NCBI RefSeq assembly: GCF_964355755.1
Contig: NC_092675.1
Span: forward strand, 18,510,912-18,574,911
DNA: 64,000 nt
Source of the DNA: Antedon mediterranea
Taxonomy: Eukaryota > Animalia > Echinodermata
Direction: 5' to 3'
Shown here: piece after piece, positions 40,284 through 64,000 of the stretch
How the letters are laid out: every line of letters starts with the position of its first letter
How positions within the stretch are numbered: the first letter of the stretch is position 1
Position numbers and translations under genes: made by a program
Notes under the pieces: generated by a model
What the model was told of the DNA's origin: nothing
Seen by the model: the letters and a program-made list of their open reading frames with translations, nothing else
The model's database searches: none

Positions 40284-41929
40284 TAGCCCGGATGAACGGT
40301 AAAAAAAATCAACTTGTTTCCAATAGGCTCCGTTACAAATTGGAGACAAAGATTAACAATATTTGTAAAAATTTTAGAAAAGTTACATAAACCTTAACCC
40401 CTAAAATATAACCCAGTGCTGTCAACGCGTAGCAAATTATGTCTGTTTTATTACACTATACTCAGGTTTCACAATAATTACGAATAATAATTGCATTGAA
40501 ACGACTTATAATCACATTTTAAATTACCCCACCGTAATTCTAATCTATAGGTCTATTAAATTATTATTGAATCTAAATCTGAAAGAATTCAAGTTTTTAT
40601 AAACATTTTAAATTAAACCTATAGAAGACTAATGGCGTTGTTTTCTCACACATTCAAAATAATATTAGGCCTGTTGTACTATTTTGTCTCTATTGATGTT
40701 GTTATAAAATCTTTTTACATACAATACAATAAGGTTGTATTGTCCCACTTAACTCATAAATAAATATTTGCCGTTTTGCTTAATAAAAAAAATCTTGATA
40801 AATAATTGTCAGTTTTGATTGATTGATTGAAAATCAGACTGTAATTAGGCAAGCGTGACGCACTTACCATGTTATTTGCATATTCATTACCCCCGTATAT
40901 TATAAGCGTTTTCTGAATGAGAATCAAAGTTCGTCTAATTAATTTACCTTACAAAATTGATTTATATTAAGCATTCATACTAGATGTAGGCTATTTGGCA
41001 TGACACGCTCAATGTATGGATATAAATAAAAGTAATTTGATGGAATTATACGTAAAGTATGTGTGTTAAATATAAGTTCACCTTATTATAGAGTATTATA
41101 ATAATCATGTGTTATTTAGTAAATAAATATAAATCAATTGAATGATACTTCTACTAAATAACACAGTTTTTATTAAACTAATAATAAGTGAAATTATCAA
41201 TGTTACGGGAGTCAGTAATCGGTAGTAAAATGTAGGTCTAGGAACGACGAAATACATTCAAACGGTACTGTACGTAGTTGCAGCATACTTAATATGACAT
41301 ATTTATTATCAGTAGCTTATGTTGCGGCCAAGTGCGTATTAAGAGATTTCTCCATAGCGCCATGATGACTCTAAACAGCTGGGCAGTCGACGTAACTCTT
41401 TTGAGCAATTAGTGCATAGTACGCGCCCCATACGTTATATATACACAAATCTACTCATTTGCTTAGTACAGAGGCTTCTTTACTACATAGTTATTGTAAA
41501 CACTACAGGGCCAACCACATACAACTGTTTATAAGTCACACAAGTATAATATAATTTAAATGTAAATATTGTTTAAATCAAATATAATTTTGAATTAGAA
41601 ATAAGATTTATAATAAATTATAATAAAAAACTATGGTCATACTTTAAAATAGAGCATAATTAGTGCGCCACACTACACTCCTCTTTCAATTTGAAAACTT
41701 TCTTGGAAACTGGTGGCGCACTTTGAAATCATTATGCACATTTACCATCGATTGCAGTTTATTCATAGCTTAAATTCAATTGATATAGTCCTACATGTAT
41801 TTATTTCGCTTTCAAAAATATAAGACGAAATTTAGGTTCTATTAAATGATTATTTTTTAAATTTTAGTCCCGGTTTTATATTTATATATATATACATTTT
41901 TGTTTTTGTTCTATGAGCTCTTAGATGAA

Positions 41930-42010
41930 GGTTTTTTTCTTTTTTCTTTTGCTATGGATATATTATGTCACCATGGTATTCCGAAATAAAAAGATGAATG
42001 AATGAATGAA
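41930..42010 (+). mobile_element. LINE/SINE 3' end remnant with (TGAA)n tail
   Basis: CCGAAATAAAAAGATGAATGAATGAATGAA: AATAAA followed by a short tandem tail. Confidence 0.35.
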
Positions 42011-43808
42011 TTACTTTACACAGCACGGTATAGGCCTAATGGTAAATGTTAATCGTATCGGCATGTATTCTGTTTCTTAAAGAGTTATTATTAAGTTAAT
42101 AATTGGGTCTGGCCATTTCACTAATATATTACTATGACTATACTAAAGATGGCCGCATAACCGCAACATTCTAGGACTGTTGACTCCTCAAAATATGAAT
42201 AAAACATCACTTATTATTATGATTAATAGGATTATTAAGACATATAAAGTTTTGTTGTACACGCCGCTACGTGCACATGCATGTTCGCCCATTTGAGCGT
42301 AAATAAAGGTTTGAAGTAAATAATGCCGATGACCGTGGTTCTGTTTATGAGAATTCAATAGTGATATCCAATAATTGACATCGATATGCATACCAAATGT
42401 AATTCTACCACACTATACATTTTGTTCATGATTACAATGCGCTAACAACGGTGCTTGAGAAGATCTTCAGGTACAGTTTCTTTAATTTTCTGTGTATGTT
42501 TATTAGGCCTACTACAAATTCATTAGGAAGAAGCTAGCTATTATTTCGAGATGAGAGGATTAGTGATGTAGATGTGCGGGTTGGGAGGTACAGGTGGCCT
42601 AATATTTATAGTTTTTATAATATTTATAACAGTTAATATTTTGAGCTACCAGATAATGATGTCATTTCTCAATACAATAACAGAAATTTAGAACAATAAC
42701 TAGTGATTTTTGTTAGTTAGGCATAATGTTATACGGTGGTATGATGCAATTCACATTTATTATACGCTTACACTAATAATAAGCATATTACCTATTGCCT
42801 ACTGGTAGGCCTATTATCATTAGATAATTATTTTGTAGGCCTACAACAAGTTAAGTTAATTAAAGTACAATTCTTAGTATTAACAATTAATTTTACATAA
42901 TTTTAGTAACCTTGAGTGGTAATGCTAATCAATAACCTAATTATTGAACTTAATGAGCGCATTTTCTGACAGCACAGTTTGATGCCTTCTTCAGTCATCA
43001 CGTGATGTCAAAATATTTAACCTATGACCTGTCAGACTACTCTCTGACAATATTTGATTGTTTAATATAATGATGACATTTAAATCGATGTCATAATTAC
43101 AGACTTATATATTAAGTATAGTAATAAATGTTGTAAGCCGTGGGAGGTCTGTTACTAATGGTAATGTCGTTGTTTGCTTTAAAAGTTCTGTGATGCTGTA
43201 AAGCTGCTGGTATTGACAATTTCTATTGTAAATCTTAAAAGCACAATTTTTAGTAGAACATTCATAAAAACGGATTTTCTTGTTATTACTAGCTACGCTG
43301 AACATTTATTTTCCTTTGGGTGAAGTTTAGATATTTAGTAAAATTACCATGTTTGTAATAAAATAACAACGCAATTCTAATATTATACATTGTAACCCGG
43401 TAATTGTTAAAATGCATCGCAACCATTATATATAAATATTGACAAAGGAAACAATAAATATGATTTGTCGTCAAATGAAAATATGTATGATTTGCATTAG
43501 GTTACAATTTAGATAACAATTCGAAATAGTTGGTATAACCTAAGTTCTATGTTGGAGGAAATAAACTAATACATGATAAAAGGTTCATCCAAGTAATAAA
43601 ATAATAATTTCGACTAAACACATGAAAATGCTAATGACATGTTCAAATGCTAAACGCGTTACGTTTACTTTGAAGATAACATTTACATAAATAAATTGTC
43701 TTTCAGTTGTATACATCGATATTATCAGCTGATAAGGTAGTGTTTAGTCGTAGCACACACGGGGAAGGGGGAGCTTTGGAAGGTGTGAACGAAGACTTGG
43801 AGAATCTG

Positions 43809-63399
<19,591 letters not shown>

Positions 63400-63754
63400 A
63401 AAAACAAGGTACTTACGACTAGATTGATTTATCTAATCATGTTGAACCGTTTATAATAATTATTTTTGAGTCAAAATGTCCCGAGTCGACAAAGATTAGT
63501 AATGTGTCTGCTCTTGCCATTATTCTGTCCAACCCCCATGTGTATTATTGATACATAATGGTGTTCCTGTTCGAAATTGATTCTAACAATTTAACTTCCA
63601 TTTTAGAACCAAATCTAATCTAATAAGTCAGCTTATAAATGGAATACAATTTCGATTCTGGCGTAAAACATTGTTGTTGCTTGCTATTGTATTACAGTCG
63701 TATTGTCTCAAATTATGAAGCACAGTTTATAATTAGTGGGACAGTTTTTTTAAA

Positions 63755-64000
63755 ATATATTTATCCTGGGCGACCTCTTCAGTCAAAGACTGGTCTCCCA
63801 GAGGGCCCAGTTGGTGATCAGTGGCTGTGATATAATTAGTGGGACAGTTTTTTTTTTATATATTTATCCTGGGCGACCTCTTCAGTCAAAGACTGGTCTC
63901 CCAGAGGGCCCAGTTGGTGATCAGTGGCTGTGATGTACTAATACACTGGGTAACCCCCTACTCATCTCGAAAGATGTACTAGGTTCTTTAAAGTGCACAC
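63755..64000 (-). mobile_element. Second copy of the 51589 SINE family (inverted, runs off the window) with a ~103-bp tandem duplication of its 3' end and flank
   Basis: CTCTTCAGTCAAAGACTGGTCTCCCAGAGGGCCCAGTTGGTGATCAGTGGCTGTGA appears twice and is the reverse complement of ~51817-51873. Confidence 0.88.

Overview
AT-rich animal genomic DNA, probably an invertebrate deuterostome. An echinoderm is suggested by the vertebrate-like ChAT sequence and abundant TAGGCCTA, but this is inference. The window holds a complete cholinergic gene locus on the + strand. An intronless vesicular acetylcholine transporter CDS (VAChT/SLC18A3, 23435-25006) lies upstream of a 12-coding-exon choline acetyltransferase (ChAT, ~43809-63399, ~688 aa, one GC-AG intron). 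A candidate shared non-coding first exon at ~4879-5012 would nest VAChT in ChAT intron 1. The VAChT carries unusual substitutions (D->Y, S->Y, N->Y, D->N) at normally conserved transmembrane positions. The last ChAT intron is a four-level nest: a degenerate ~163-bp repeat, then a TIR-bounded non-autonomous element, then a ~44-copy 65-bp minisatellite, then a near-intact CR1/L2-group LINE with a 5-bp TSD. A related element in inverted orientation at ~18.0-19.8 kb has amplified a 262-bp unit instead. Also present: tRNA-derived SINEs, a MITE family, a full cloverleaf tRNA-like gene with an ATC anticodon inside a repeat cassette, and a Penelope-type minimal hammerhead ribozyme motif.
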